Assembly (NCBI GenBank): GCA_016748015.1
Contig: JAAOMT010000307.1
Coordinates: 7,357-71,356, forward strand
DNA: 64,000 nt
Direction: 5' to 3'
Origin: Geosiphon pyriformis uo1
Lineage: Eukaryota > Fungi > Glomeromycota
The notes below the pieces were generated by a model. That model did not search any database. It was not told where the DNA came from and saw only the letters and a program-made list of their open reading frames with translations. The position numbers and the translations under genes are program-made. Positions within the stretch are counted from its first letter, which is position 1. Every line of letters starts with the position of its first letter. Shown in pieces: positions 12,215 to 26,230 of the stretch.

Positions 12215-14398
12215 AATTTATGTTAAAAAGTCTGCTTCTGTTATTTGCACAGTAGTTTTTAAAGACAAATCTTGGGTATTTATTATTAATAGACTTTTTT
12301 TCAAGTGTTTTTTGGTATTTTCTTTTGGTCTGATTTTTCAAATAAAGTTAAATTTCTTCTAATAACTGTAAATAATATGGAACTACAATTTACTAATATT
12401 AAATATAGTTTTATCAATTTTACAAAACAAATTAGTAAGTTGGCTAAGAAATTGAATATACTTATATCAATAATTTTTTAATTTAGTTTTAGATATTAGC
12501 TGCTAATAATCTTTTTTTTATCTAATTAAATAAGTAATATAGTAATAAAAAATAATTTAGATGTATACACTAATATTAAGACTGTAATAAAGCTAATTTT
12601 TTCAATATTTTCAGATATAATTAGATTAAAAACTTAATTAAATAAATTATCTAATTTGTTATAAATTTTTTAGCAAAATTTAATAGTTTAATTCTGGCTC
12701 AAGATATTTTTTTTATTATTATTTTAATAACTTGACTTATTTAGAAAATTGCTATATGTAATATTAAAATATGAATATTTCTGCTAAGCAGAATAATATT
12801 ATCAAATAACATAAAAAATTGCAAAATAATATTTTAATTATTACTAAAAAAAAGCTAAATTCTAATATTAAATATTAAATTGTAAACAAATTTAAAAATT
12901 TTAAGGTTTTTGTTTTTAAATTAGATACTAATTCCATAAATACTAGTGTTATAATTATTATAAATAATTATTTAGCTTAATATATTTTAAAAATAACAAA
13001 AATTTTTAGATTTTTATTAGTTTATTTATAGTTCAAAAACAGATAGTTAGTTTTGATGTTAAAATTATATGTAAGTATATTTTTTAAAAAACATTTGAAT
13101 CAAATATTTGTTATTAATTTTTTAATAATTAAAGTATTTAATAAGAATACTTTTGTTATTTTGGGTAGTGATTTTAATAAAAATAATATTAAGTACAATA
13201 CTAGTTTTAGAAAATATTTTAATTTTGGTTTGGTTAATTTTTTGGTTAGTAATTTGTTTGCTAAAATTCTTACTTAAAAGAATTTTAAAAAAGTCAAATT
13301 GATAATTAATTATATTTTAATATTATAAAATCTGGTTAATACTATTATTAACACAGTAATATTAAATATAAAAGCTTTTTTTAATAACTAATCATCTTGC
13401 TGTTTCTGTTTTTATTAGTTTAAATAGTATTTTGTAATGTTTTTTGCAAGCAAACTAACAAAAACTAATAGAAATACAATTTTAAGAAAGCTAATATAGT
13501 CAAATAAACTCGATTTAGAAATGTTATATTGACAAATATTACTGTATTTGGTGAAAATTTTAGTTATTTAAAAGAACTTTCTAATTTGTATTTTATATAG
13601 AATATTATTTAAAGAAGTATTTATTTTTTAACCAATAAAATTTTTTTCAAATCTTGGAGCAAAAATTTTAATAGTATTTTTATTAAAATTTTATTTTATA
13701 TTTACAATTTAGAAGTTTTAATTTTAAAATTGTTTGAAATTCATATTTAGGTTTTAATAATAAATTAAATAATCTAATTGTTTGTTAATTGTTACTTAGT
13801 AAATTGTACAAATGTCATATTTAAAACTTTTTAATATTAAATACTAAATTTAATACTGTTAATTCTAAATTAGCTAAAATTAGAAAAGTATATTATGTGC
13901 TTAAACTTATTAAATCTTGACAAATTAAAGTTGTAAAAATTTATGCTATTATTAATAAAAGAATAAAAAGTTTCAAAATCAATAAAAATTATACTATTAA
14001 AAATATTTTAAAGTGTATTTTTTGAAAAATAGTTTTAAATTATTTGGTAAATAGTAAAAACTTGGTACTAAAGTCTAAGAAAATTAAGTTTAAAGTTGAT
14101 TTAATTATAAAAAAATAAACAAAAAAGTATAAAATATTGGGAATTATTCTTAATATTTGGTGTTAATAGTATTTGTTTTTACTTTATATAGCTGACAACA
14201 CTTTTTTTTAAAGTTATAAATATGATTAAATTTAATAAAATAATAAAAATTATAATAAATCTGCCAAATAGAAAAGCTATATAAATAAAAAAGATTTTAA
14301 TTAATACTAAACTTATTGCTTTAATTAAAACTGCTTAAAAAATCTTTTTTAAAATTTTATTTGACAGAATTTTTTTAGTTTACAGTAAGTTTAATATT
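12215..14398 (+). mobile_element. Heavily AT-eroded LINE remnant (ORF1 C-terminus, ORF2 endonuclease to start of RT, with internal deletion ~14280)
   Basis: tatgttaaaaagtctgcttctgtt... ~ IYxKKSAPV..FGGKTW; agaaaattgctatatgtaatatt ~ WKIATCNIRG; ORF 13053-13277 FVILGSDFNKN ~ APE GGDFN; attgctttaattaaaactgct...attttatttgacagaatt ~ PIALIETA..KILSDRI. Confidence 0.8.
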
Positions 14399-14579
14399 AA
14401 AAAATATAACTACAATAAACTTTTTCTATAATTATACTTTTTAGTCAACATATTTATAGTAACTATAAAAAAACAAGACTATAAAAATAATCAATATTTT
14501 GTTATATAAGCTATATATTATATGCATAATATAATAATTAATTAAATATATTAAATATTTATAAAACTATATTAAAAAG

Positions 14580-14784
14580 TTTTAAAATTAATAAATAATA
14601 AATTGAATATTTTTGTCTTTGTTTTTAAATTTTTTATTAATATGTTTAAATTTTTTAAGTTAAATAATAGAATATTAATAATATTAATCAACTAGTTATT
14701 TAATTTTAAAAAATTTAAACATATTAATAAAAAATTTAAAAACAAAGACAAAAATATTCAATTTATTATTTATTAATTTTAAAA
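14580..14784. repeat. Perfect 79-bp inverted repeat with 47-bp spacer (arms 14580-14658 and 14706-14784)
   Basis: Arm-by-arm reverse complement matches with no mismatch (…aattgaatatttttgtctttgtttttaaa… / …tttaaaaacaaagacaaaaatattcaatt…). Confidence 0.92.
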
Positions 14785-16135
14785 GTTTTAAGAAAATTTG
14801 AACCAATTTTTTTACTATATTGCTCTTTACAATAATGTAATATATTTTTAAGTACAATTATATCTTAATTTATAGATAATAAAAACAAAGATTCATTTTT
14901 ATTTTCTTAATTTTTATCTGTATTAAAATCTTTATTATATTTATTATTATAAGATTTATAATTTTATTTTTTAAAATATAAGTAAACAATAATTCAAACT
15001 TATTAATATTAATATACTTAATAAGAATTTGTATTTTTTATAGAAGTTCTTGTTTAATATTTAATAAATAAATTAACATTTGGCTATTTTCTAAAATTTT
15101 GTAGTATCAATAATTTTGAATTATAGTTATTATTATTGCTGATTATATATTAATAGAAAGTTAATTATATTTTTTAATATTATTTTAGTGCTAAAATTTT
15201 TGCTATAATATTAATTAATAAGATAAAAAAACAACTTTTAGTATTATGTCTTAAAAAATATAATAATTGTTATATTTAATAATTATAAATAAGATATTGT
15301 ATTAAATAGTAAGTATTTAATTGTAATATTAAATAATATAAAAATTTTCTATTATAGAAACCGGTATTATTAAACAATAATAAAAGTTTTTTTTGTAATG
15401 TATTTTTTATTTAATAAATTAAGTTATTTACTAAAAATATTTGTTTATATCTATGTTTTTATATTATAGTAATAAATAATTAGAAGTATATTTATATTAA
15501 TATTATGAAAATATTATAGTTTTACAGCTTTATTAATAATTAAAAACTGTAACTTGATATTAAATATTGTATTATAAATAAAAAGTATAATAATTCAAAT
15601 TTTATTATACTTAATATCAAAAATAAATCTTATTATTAAAGTTGTATTTAATAGTATTTTAAAAAATAATGTTATTTTATTAGTATTATAAATATTATTT
15701 AAATTATATTTACCAATAATTTTGTGTAGTCATTTTTATTTTTTTGGTAAAATTTCTAAAAAAACATTATTTGTTATACTATATATCTTAATATAATACA
15801 AATTATATTATTTTTTAAATTTTTTTAATCAACTATTAAATATTTTAAAGTTATTTATTTTTAAAAACTTTTGAGCAAACTTAAGTGTTTTTATTTGTAA
15901 AATATTTTTAATAAAAATACAGTTAATAGTTAGTGTTTTAAATATCTGTTTTTTTAGTGCATTATTTATTTTTAAAAATATTTTTTTCTTATTTTTTGTT
16001 AATTAATTAAAGTTATCAAATATATTTTTTTCAATCTATTAGTTTAATTTCACAAGTATTTGTTATAATAAAGTGATCAATTTTTAGATTGAATATTTTA
16101 ATTAATCTGTTTGCTAAATATTAAGAATGTTTTAA

Positions 16136-19100
16136 TTTTTTTTTTTTTTATTAATTTAACGAGCGAAGTCCAAACACTGCCTAGTGACAATACATCAAAA
16201 TAATGATCTATACTAGGTGTGAATTATGCTTTTTCTACACATGATTAGTCACTCAAGCCAGCCAGGACTATACTATATATCTATATACACAGAAACCAAA
16301 TTACCTATACCTAAGAAAAACTGACAGGAACTATACAACCCAAAACTAACACCAAACACATCATCAATACCAAGCAATCTAATCACATGGGCTGAAAGCA
16401 TTAACATGCCACCGAACACTGAGACAGGAATCAAACCATCATGAAGAATCAGACTGTGTTTTTTCATAAAAGCACAATGTTTAGAGCAGACCAACCAAAT
16501 ATTATTTCTAAAGACAGGCACAAACCACGAACAAATTCAACCACTTTATCATACACAGTCTTAGAGTTATCAAAGCAAAAAGTGGCTTCTTGGTACCAAT
16601 TCACAAGCACAAAACCTTTGCACAATAAAACAACCAGTTCCAAATCAGTTAAACAATTGGATAACATTTGTGACACATAAGAGGAGGCATAGGATAATCC
16701 AAAAACAGCTCTCCAAGCAGAAGCAGAATCAACGAACAATTGAAGCTGAGCAGTTGCATCAAATACACAAGAGAAAATATGGTCCAACACTTTGATATTG
16801 TCACAATACAGACATATCACATTGGAGTAACATTTATTGTAGAAATGTTTGCAAATAGCAACAGGCAGTCTATAATGTAAAGCTTTCATAAAATAAGAAT
16901 GGGAGCCAACAGAGTGGCAACTTGTAAAGCCAGCAGCTATATAAGAGTCAGAATGTCAAACAAGAGATAATTTAAACCAATCAATATCTGTACACAGACA
17001 ACTGTCCACAATTTTGGCACCAGAGCCTAGTTCCCAGCATGCACAATAGATAGACTGAAAAACATTATGAACAAAGTGTCTAGAGTTTCCAGAAACAACA
17101 CTATTATTAGCCAAAACAACATATTTCTTAAGCCAGAAAGGAGAAGTCAGTTTGAATAAGAAGAAACACCAGCAAACAAGTCAGTCCAATCATTGTTTAA
17201 AATATCTGAATGTCTTTTAATCTTATACCAGCCAACATTCAAATTCCTTTTACATATGATGCTAGCAATGTGTTAATGTTCAACCCAACATTTGTTCCAA
17301 AAATCTAAAGCCGACAACAATAATTCAGTTTTACACACATCCAAAGCAGCTTGGCTGTCAGAGAATAGATAGACTGAATTCAAACTAGACACACACTTAA
17401 GGGCCAACACAATGACCTGAAGTTCTGTCAATATAGAAGACATCATGTCAGTTAGCTCTACTCCAAGACCTAAGTTAATGTTCTCAAAAAATGCAGCAAT
17501 ACCAGCTTTCATATTAACACTCCTCAAATTACAAAGAAAACCATCCGTGTATACAGAAAAGCCAGAGACACCAATGCCAGACAATCAATCATGCACTAAT
17601 CTAAACTCATGAGATTCAAGAATTTTCTTTGCAACAGCATCATCCAGAGGGAAGGAACAGACATCAAGAGAACCAGCATTATAGAAATACTGAACAGCAG
17701 TAACAAACCAGACAGGAACAAGACCATGTGAGTCAAGTCTCTTCCACTGCTTGAAAGTTTTCCAGTCGAAGACAGCACTATTCCAGCACTAAAGCTGCTC
17801 AACAAAAGCAATTCCATAATAATGAAGAGAGAAAAAGCACCTGAAATACATTAACTCACTAAAGATACCAGATAAAAGAGTTCCACACCAGAAGCAAAAA
17901 GCATTACACATAAGATTGTCCAAAAATAAACCAGAACTGAGAAAGATCCGAACCACACTTGCCAAGAAGTTGTTCAAAGAATTAACATTAATACGAACTG
18001 GAGAACACAAGGAATGTACAAGACACCAACTTAAAACCTATAAGTCATGCAATCTATGCATAAACAATTGGCCCAAAATTCCAACAGAGTTAGTAAAGCA
18101 TATTACAGTAGCAATCTTGTCTTTGGCTTGGATTTGCTCAAAAGTTTTTAAGCCATAAAATAAGGAGTGGTACAAGACATCATTAAGAAAGTCTAGGAGC
18201 AGACTCGATTTCAATTTCAGACCTTTCTGAATTAAAACATCCCACTTTTGGCACATACTAACAGAAACAAAGCTAAACTAGGTCCTGTAACTAACAATAG
18301 AATAAAGAATCACCAAAACCAAATAAGAAAACTGTTTGTCTGAAATTGTTTTCCTTAGAACAAAATTGGCAAAAAACCAAACATCCAAATATGCTTTAAC
18401 CAAGCTAGGCTTAGATAACCCATTGGAAGAAAAAAAAATACCCAGATATTGGTGAAATACCCTCTTTTTGATAATAGAAATAGAAGTGCCACTGACAAAT
18501 AAAAAAAAAGCCACCACTCTGCAATTAATTGGAATCACTACAGTTTTGTTGTTGTTGATTGAAATATTATTCATCCTGAAAAATTCACTGGGAACATTGA
18601 GAATGTGTTGTGTAGCTGTCTGATTAGAATCAACTCATATAGTATCATTGACAAAGACATCTGCAGCAAGAAAAAAGGTCAAACTATCTTGGAAATCTAT
18701 GTGATTAGTCTTGACAACATAATATGAATTCAGTCTATAACCACATACTGCTTCTTGTCTTTTTACTTCACACAACAAAGTGTTGTAAAAAATATGCCAA
18801 AAGAGAGATAAAAATACTTCCCCTTAATTCAAGCCATCATGAACACTATAACCATCAATCAATCCAAAATTGGTTATCACTTTGTTCATGCAGTCATTGT
18901 AAATACTCCCAAAAAATCTTATGAATCTACTGCACATTTTGATTCTGACCAAACTCCTCCTTAGATGTTCTTAACCAACCAAGTTATATGCTTTCCTCAT
19001 GTCTTACAAAACTAACCAAAATTCACAATTTTTTTCTAAAGTATTTTCTATTACTAAACCAATAGCAAAAATAAGAGACTGTATTGTTGTACCTTTAAGA

Positions 19101-21267
19101 ACTGAGAAGTTGTTATCATGAAGAATGTTATACTTACTATATGCCACAGAGATCCTATCAAAAAAAATCTTAGAAAAAATTTTATGGGCAGTTTCAATCA
19201 GTGCTATGGGTTGGGTATTCATAAAAACTCCCTCTCAATCATAGAGTTTAGAAATCATAGACACCCAAGCCTCCTTTCAAAGACCCAGAACAGATTTACA
19301 AATCAAACAAAAGTTCAAAAGCACCAAAAACAAATCCAAAACAGACCTGTCGCAATGTTTTTATAGCTCATTTGTAATACCAGAAAGGCAAGCAGCTTTA
19401 TTATCAGGCAAACTCAAAACCACACCAAGAAATTTTTCCATCTCAATTGGGTACATAACATTTAAAAAAGCATTGTCAAAGACATATTTCAAAGATTAAA
19501 ATTGGCAATGCCATTCATCTGAAATATTGTTTACTATCATACACTTTCTGGTTCTCCATAATTCTATTGACATGAAATTTAACCAGATCAGGCTTCAAAA
19601 TGAGGTTCTTATTCACAACCAGATAATCCAATGTGACTTTGTAAAATGGCCGCTCAAGTACACTTCTAATAGTTTGGCCCTTATTCAACTCAAAGTTTTT
19701 CATCCTTTTGTCAATTGCTAGCCTGATTTGAGAGTCCCTAGCATGTTTCAATTCCATCATCTTGAGGGAACAATAAGACTTTCTAACTTTTGCCAAAGCT
19801 GATCTGATAGCATCAAAATAAGATCCCAAAAGAAAAAAAAATTTGATAGCAGAAGCATTAATAGAGTCCAAAGACACCCAAACATCTAACAAAGAAATAA
19901 ACTCATTAGATGACACAGAATGCAAAGCCTTTACCAGCTTAGAAACCAAAAATTCTAATCTATAATAGTGAAAAGAACACTTGATAAAACTACTATCAAA
20001 ATCTTTAAACCAGGTCTTTAAGAAAACTTCATTTGCTGAAAAACAAATGGCTTTGCAAACAACACTCCACATGTTGTCCAGATTAGATGAACAATAAGAA
20101 CCAGTAAACTCATCAGAAAACATGGCAAAATTATCACGAAATGCAGTCCTATACCACTTCTATTTAACTCCATCAGCATTTTTGACATTAAATTTCTGCC
20201 TGTTTCTATTGGCTTGAACATAAATAGCTCTCAAAACAGGATCTAAAATTCTACCAAGACCAATTGTAATCTGAACAGAACTATAATCAGTGCTAAAGAA
20301 CTTATCTATATCCACAACACACTCATTAATTAAAGCATTACTCAAACTTTGTGAAACAAAAATGTAATTAATGGTCTTTTTAACACCCCTAGAATTTTTC
20401 CAAGTAGAAGCCTTAATGTAAGAACTATTAATCAATATATTGACTAGATCTAGATCCACACACTTACTATTACTAAAGTTACATTTGTTTCCATCTTTAT
20501 TAAAATCACCACTTAAAATAACAAAAGTACTCTTATTACAAGCTCTAACTATAAAAAAATTGACAAGACCAGCCTGAATTATATGCTTATTCAGAAAAGC
20601 CTCTACATATAAACCCAACACAAAAACAGATTGTTTGTTTTTAAATAGCAAACAAATCATTAAAAGTCTACCTCGAATCTCAAAGATTTTTGAAACATGT
20701 TTGGCTAAATTTTCATTCATGATTAAAGTGACGTCCACACCTAAAAACCCAGCATCCAGATCTGAAGTAAACATTCTCACACCAGGAAACTTATTTGCAA
20801 TCCAAGACTTAATGCTGGAGCGAAGCTTAGTCTTAGTAACTATTGAAATGTTATTATTTAAAACTGTGTACCATCTAATAATGTCATCCTGCTTGGCAAG
20901 AACATTTATATCTTTAATATTACAAATAGCAATTTTCCAAGCTAAACTACTTATTAAGGAAGAGAAAAAGTTATCATACTACTGCCAGAACAAAAAAAGT
21001 CCAATTTATTTAATATTGCCTTAACAGAATTCTCTAGAACTGCCAAGTTAGCCTTCAGACCACCTATTTTTGCAGTTAAAACATGAGAACCACTTGGAAA
21101 AATGTCCTAGGAGATGGTAGTGACCACACTAGGCACAGGAAAAATGAACAATGGAGTATTAACAGCCATGTTCAGCACTGGATTATGTTTGGAGGTGGAT
21201 GGAACAGTAAAACTTACTGACAAAACAGCCAGCAATCTGTCTAGTTTATGCAAAATATTGGCTACTG
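16136..21267 (-). mobile_element. 5'-truncated LINE (element B): ORF1 C-terminus, complete decayed ORF2, 3'UTR and poly(A)
   Basis: Poly-T 16136-16149 on +; the 3'UTR matches 33900-33963; APE, RT, RNase H and CLYC motifs occur in ORF-track fragments 16273-20780. Confidence 0.93.
16273..20954 (-). pseudogene. LINE ORF2 (APE endonuclease, reverse transcriptase, RNase H, C-terminal Cys/His knuckle), disrupted
   Basis: WKIAICNIKD, ILSGDFN, TINYIFVS, QPIALIETA, FVNDTI* (ex-FVDD), QYLGIF, VYTDGFL...ELQ...FSDSQAAL, CLYC..DHIFSC; many stops and frameshifts. Confidence 0.9.
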
Positions 21268-23370
21268 GAAATAAGATGACCAGGGATTTGGAAACTCTAT
21301 ACACATGCTTGGCCAGAGTAATGTCCATAATAATAGCCACACCTGAACCAAGATAACCCGAATCTGAACCAGAAATAAAAACCCTAACACCAGCAAACTT
21401 ATCAGCAATTTACGAATGAACTTTACCCTTTAACTTCGTTTTTGTAATTATTGAAACCATATTGTTCATGCTCATGTGTCAATGAATAATGTCGGCTTGC
21501 TTAGAAGAATTATTCATCCCTCTAACATTGCATGTAGCTATTTTCTACACAAAACTGCTTATTGAAAAGAAGATAAAGGAGGCACAATACCAGTTGAACT
21601 CAAACCATCCAAACGAGCTGTAAGGCTCATCACTGAAGCAGAAAGTCCTGCAAAAATGGATTCCAATTTCTTTACTTCAAAAAAAGCAGACAAATTAGGC
21701 TTCAGAGCAGTCCCACCATTAATGGTCCCACTTGAACCCTCTCCTATCACTACATCACCCACATGATCCTGTAATGAAGGGGTCACTGGTGGCCTACATT
21801 CAGGGCTAGGCTGGGAAACCACTGGCCCAAGTGAATCCAACCTCTGAGCCAACTCACCAATTTGTTCTACGAGACTAGTGAGACTGCTTTCAATATTCTT
21901 CAAATGGTCTTCCAATTCACCATTAACAGTCGGAAGAGGTTTATCATAATTTATGGAACCAGATTGAACTGAACCACCAAAAAACACTATTAGAAGTGGT
22001 TTACCAACCATGAAGGCCCAAGTATTTTCACCGAAAGCCAAAGGATGAGAAACAGGAGCAGATTTTTTTTCATATATCTTTGCCAAATAAAACTAATTCT
22101 GAGTTGAGAGAGGAGCTCTTTTGCTCCTAGGATTTGAGAACACACCAGCAGTACAACAAGTGAAAGAAGTATGACCAGAATTTTTGCAAATTGAGCACAG
22201 TACAGCAGTTAAACAAGACCATCAAAGACCAACACCTTTTATAACAGGAGTGTTTGCCATTGTCTAAATAAGGCTACTCTCAAAATCAAAGCACACAGTG
22301 ACACAGTGTGCCTGAACATAACTAACAGAACTGTATTCAATAACACATGTTTTCCCACTGACTGAACCAATGAAGTCCCAAAAATTATAAGTGTTGGTGC
22401 CCATGGAGAGAGTATAAAGCAAAGCCCTAAACTCGTCTCTGGCATCCCATGTTTGTTTGTCGACATCGGCCCAGGCCACATACACCACATCTTTCCCAAT
22501 AAGGATGGATCACTTAGCTGCCAAAAGATCAGCCTGGTTTTGATCCTTCAATTTGACAATCGTCTTTTGCCATAAACCCACCAACTGCATCTTGATCAAC
22601 TTAATAAACTCAAATTCAGAAATGGCTGCACGCACTGCCTCAGTAGAAGTTCCCACAGGAATTTCTTTTAACACAATTGCCCAATTTGTATAATTGTTGA
22701 TAGGGTGCTTAAGATTAGTGTTTACCACAATACCATGATCATTTGCCAACTGTGCAGCTGCTATCATTGTCTTCTCAGAAGTGAAAGATGCCTGGATGAT
22801 TCCACCAAATTTTGAGAAGGTAGAGGCCCCTCCAAAACCATTTACACCTGAAAAAATTTTTCTGACAAAATTGACTTTTTTCTAAGAGGATTTTCCAGCT
22901 ACCACTACAAGATCAATATCTAAAGTAAAGGATTTGTAAACAGGCACTTGAACGGATGATTTGACTGAAAGAGGAGATGGAAAAAGAAGAGAATCATCCA
23001 ACACATCATTTTCTGCATCGACAGTATTATAATTAATCACACCCAGTGGCTTTCCTAACATTTTCTTAGTCTTCACATGCAAACCCTTTGGTGTTTGATC
23101 AGGATCCTCTCCCGCAAAAGGACCATTATCATCATAGTCTACACTGGTTTCTTCAACCAAGCATTTTTTTTTTATGTTAATACTCTCAGATTCTATAGTG
23201 TCACTATTCTCAGAACCTCATAAATGAGCACCAAGAGCTTTGGCAGCAACTCCTTTATTATCAATATTCTCTTTCAACACACCTTCCTTCTTCTTCTTCC
23301 TTGATACAACAGCCTTGAAACCACCCTCAGAACCAAAAGCTTTAATGGTTTTCTTCATAACAACTGACTA
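21268..23370 (-). mobile_element. 3'-truncated LINE (element A): ORF1 plus first ~95 codons of ORF2, fused to element B
   Basis: ORF1 runs from ATG 23358 (MKKTIKAFGSEGGFK...) to TAA 21559, then *KIATCNVRGMNN...YLGSGVAII...LAKHVYRVS...PGHLIS, ending abruptly at ~21268. Confidence 0.88.
21559..23358 (-). pseudogene. LINE ORF1 (RRM-like, CCHC knuckle, coiled coil), disrupted
   Basis: AIVLKEIPVGTSTEAVRAAISEF...LVGLWQK (RRM-like); CSICKNSGHTSFTC knuckle at ~22154-22198; C-terminal coiled coil LKNIESSLTSLVEQIGELAQRLDSL. Confidence 0.85.
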
Positions 23371-23394
23371 TTTTACTTTTATAATTGGCAGTAT

Positions 23395-23940
23395 TATTTA
23401 TATTAAACTTAATATTAAGAGCTTAAATCTTTCAAATAATTATTAAATAAATAAATATTTTCTTATTAACAATATTACCAAAAATATTCATATTTATATT
23501 ATTTTTAATATTATACTTGGCTTTTAGCTTATTAATTTTTATATATAATTTATTTATTTTATTTTCAAAAGTATTAATTTTTTTTACAAAATAGAAAAAA
23601 TATCAAATAATTTAATTATTAAAACAATTAAAATACCAATAAATTTAACAATAAATTTAATAAGTAAAACCAATACTATTAATTTAAGTTTCAAAAAAAC
23701 CAATTTAAATTATCAACAAAATCTATAATAATAATAACAACAAAATAACCAAAAACACTATAGTAAAAAAACTAATAAAATAAAAGTTTTATAAAATTTT
23801 ATTTAAGTCGGTAATTGTTTTTAAATTTTTGAATTCTATTTTACTAATATTAATACTTTAAAAAAAAAAAAATATTTTGTAATCTATAGCCAAATAATCT
23901 GAATTTTAATATCTAAAACAATATTAACAATTATTTTATA
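23395..23940 (+). repeat. Ancient decayed repeat, homologous (inverted) to 34510-34960
   Basis: Collinear blocks such as tattaaacttaatattaagagcttaaa and aatattttgtaatctatagccaaataatctgaattttaatatctaaaa match the reverse complement of 34510-34960, with mostly transition differences. Confidence 0.55.
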
Positions 23941-26230
23941 ACATATTTTATATTTTAAGTATTAAAATTGGTTTTAATATAAATGCTTTATAAATTAAAA
24001 AAATTACTTAGAAAGCAAGAATTATTTTTTACATGTATTATTTTAAAATATTTTTATTTGAAAATATTAGATGCCAATTAAAAATTTTTAATCAAGTTTA
24101 AATAAAATCATATAATAAAATAATAATAATAATACAAACAAAATCATTTAAAAATATGAAATTTTTATTAATTTATTTAAAAAACTTAAAATAATTAAAT
24201 ATTTTAAGAACATTTAAACAAATTTAACTTTATAATTATTTAAAGTCATTGATAAAATAAAAAATATTAAAATAAAAAAATTTAACTTTTATTGATATAA
24301 TTTTATGTACAGTCATTTTTAAAAAAATTGGCTTAAAAATAAATGTTAAATAATATTATTTATTATTTTTTAACTATATATATTTCATTTTTTTTAATAT
24401 AGCTTTTATTTTTTTAATGCTATGTTTTTTTATAAGAAAATAATTTATATTTTTACTTTGGTCAAAATAAAAACTATTTTTAACTAATTTTTTATTTTGG
24501 TCTTTAAAAAAAATTTCTTATATCTTTTATTAATTAAAGAAAAAAATATTTTAATTATTTAATATAAAATCAAAAATTATTTTAACATCTTTAATAATAA
24601 TATAATTAAAAAATTTATTAAGAAAATAACTTTTTTAGCATTTTTTTATTCCGAATTATTTTATGAATATATTTTTTACAAACAATATAATAATTTTTAA
24701 AAATACTAAATACTTTGTTTATAATATTTATAAAATTGTTAATTTTATTATGTTTTTTGTTAACTTATTTATTTATATGTAAAAACAATTTATATTAATT
24801 TACTTGTAATAATTTGCAAATGTTTCTATAACAAAATTTATTTTATTAATTTGTGTTTATTATATAATAATATAGATTTTTTGAATTATGTTTTGTTTAT
24901 AAATTAAATATATATTTGTATTATAAAGTTGTAAATACTTATTTTTTACAATAAATTGCTTTAACTAGTGAATATATTATATTATTTTTGGTTTTTTAAG
25001 CTTTATTTTTTAATAATATTAATATTAATTTATATACAATATTATGTAAAAATTTTATCTTTAAAATTTGGTTTAAAAAAATATTTATAATTTTTGATAA
25101 TATTAAAGTTATTATTTTAAAGCTATTTAATTTTATATATAACATAATTGCAAATTATTAAAGCAGAATTTGGTTATTAAGAAATAAATTTAAAATTAAT
25201 ATAAAAAAAAACAATTTGGTGTTTATATTTAATGTTTTTTTTTGTTTATTAATTTATTTGATATTTTTTTTAATAATATAATATTTTTTTGGTATAATTA
25301 AGATATTTAAAATAAGATTTGGCTTTATTATTATATTAAACATTAATAATTTTAGTTAATAGCATATATGCTATATATTATTGTTATTTTAGTTATAATA
25401 TAAACATAATTATTTAATTTATAATATACAAAAAAAATTACATTGTTTAATATTTAATTAATATATTTATATAAGATATTTGTCATATTAATTTATTTTA
25501 TTTAAATGATAAAAAATATTTTGTTATGAATAAAAAAAAATAATAGAAATATAATTAATTGTTTATAAAAAAGTAAATATATATATAAAAATAAAAAAAA
25601 GATTTAAAAAAAAAAGAAGAGAAAAAAATAACTTATTATTTACAATAAATTTATAATAAAAAATTGGTTTAATATAAAATTAGTGTTTACAAAAAGACTA
25701 TATATATAATTAAATTATATAAAATCTGTATATATTATATTAATATTGTTTTATTTATATTAATTATTATATATTAAATTAATTAATTTAGTTTAATATA
25801 TTATTTTTTTAAGTTAATAATTTAAGTAGCTTAATATAATTAGAAACAAATTGATTGATTATATTTTTAGTAATTACTTTTAAATGATAATTACAGATTT
25901 AAAATATTAAATTATTTAAATAAAACTGTATAATAATTTTGAAACATAATAAAATCTGTTTTTATTAAATTATATATATTATTTCTTTATTTTTATTGAG
26001 GTTTTTTAATTTGCCAAAAAAAATTATATTTAATTTAAATTTTTAATTAAACTATATTATTATTTAGTTATACTTAAGTTGATAGTTTTGATTAAAAGTA
26101 AAAAAAAATCTTTCTCTTGTCAATCTTCTGACCACGATAAGAGTGAAAGATTTATCAAAGTTATAGTTTTCTATTCTCCTATCTCCTTTTGTTTTCCATA
26201 ATTATTTCTTTGAACAACCTTTTATTTGTC

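Noticed and set aside
16100-23430. TSD around the chimeric A/B element (tcttaatatt-like match)
   Set aside because: Low complexity and not immediately adjacent to both ends.
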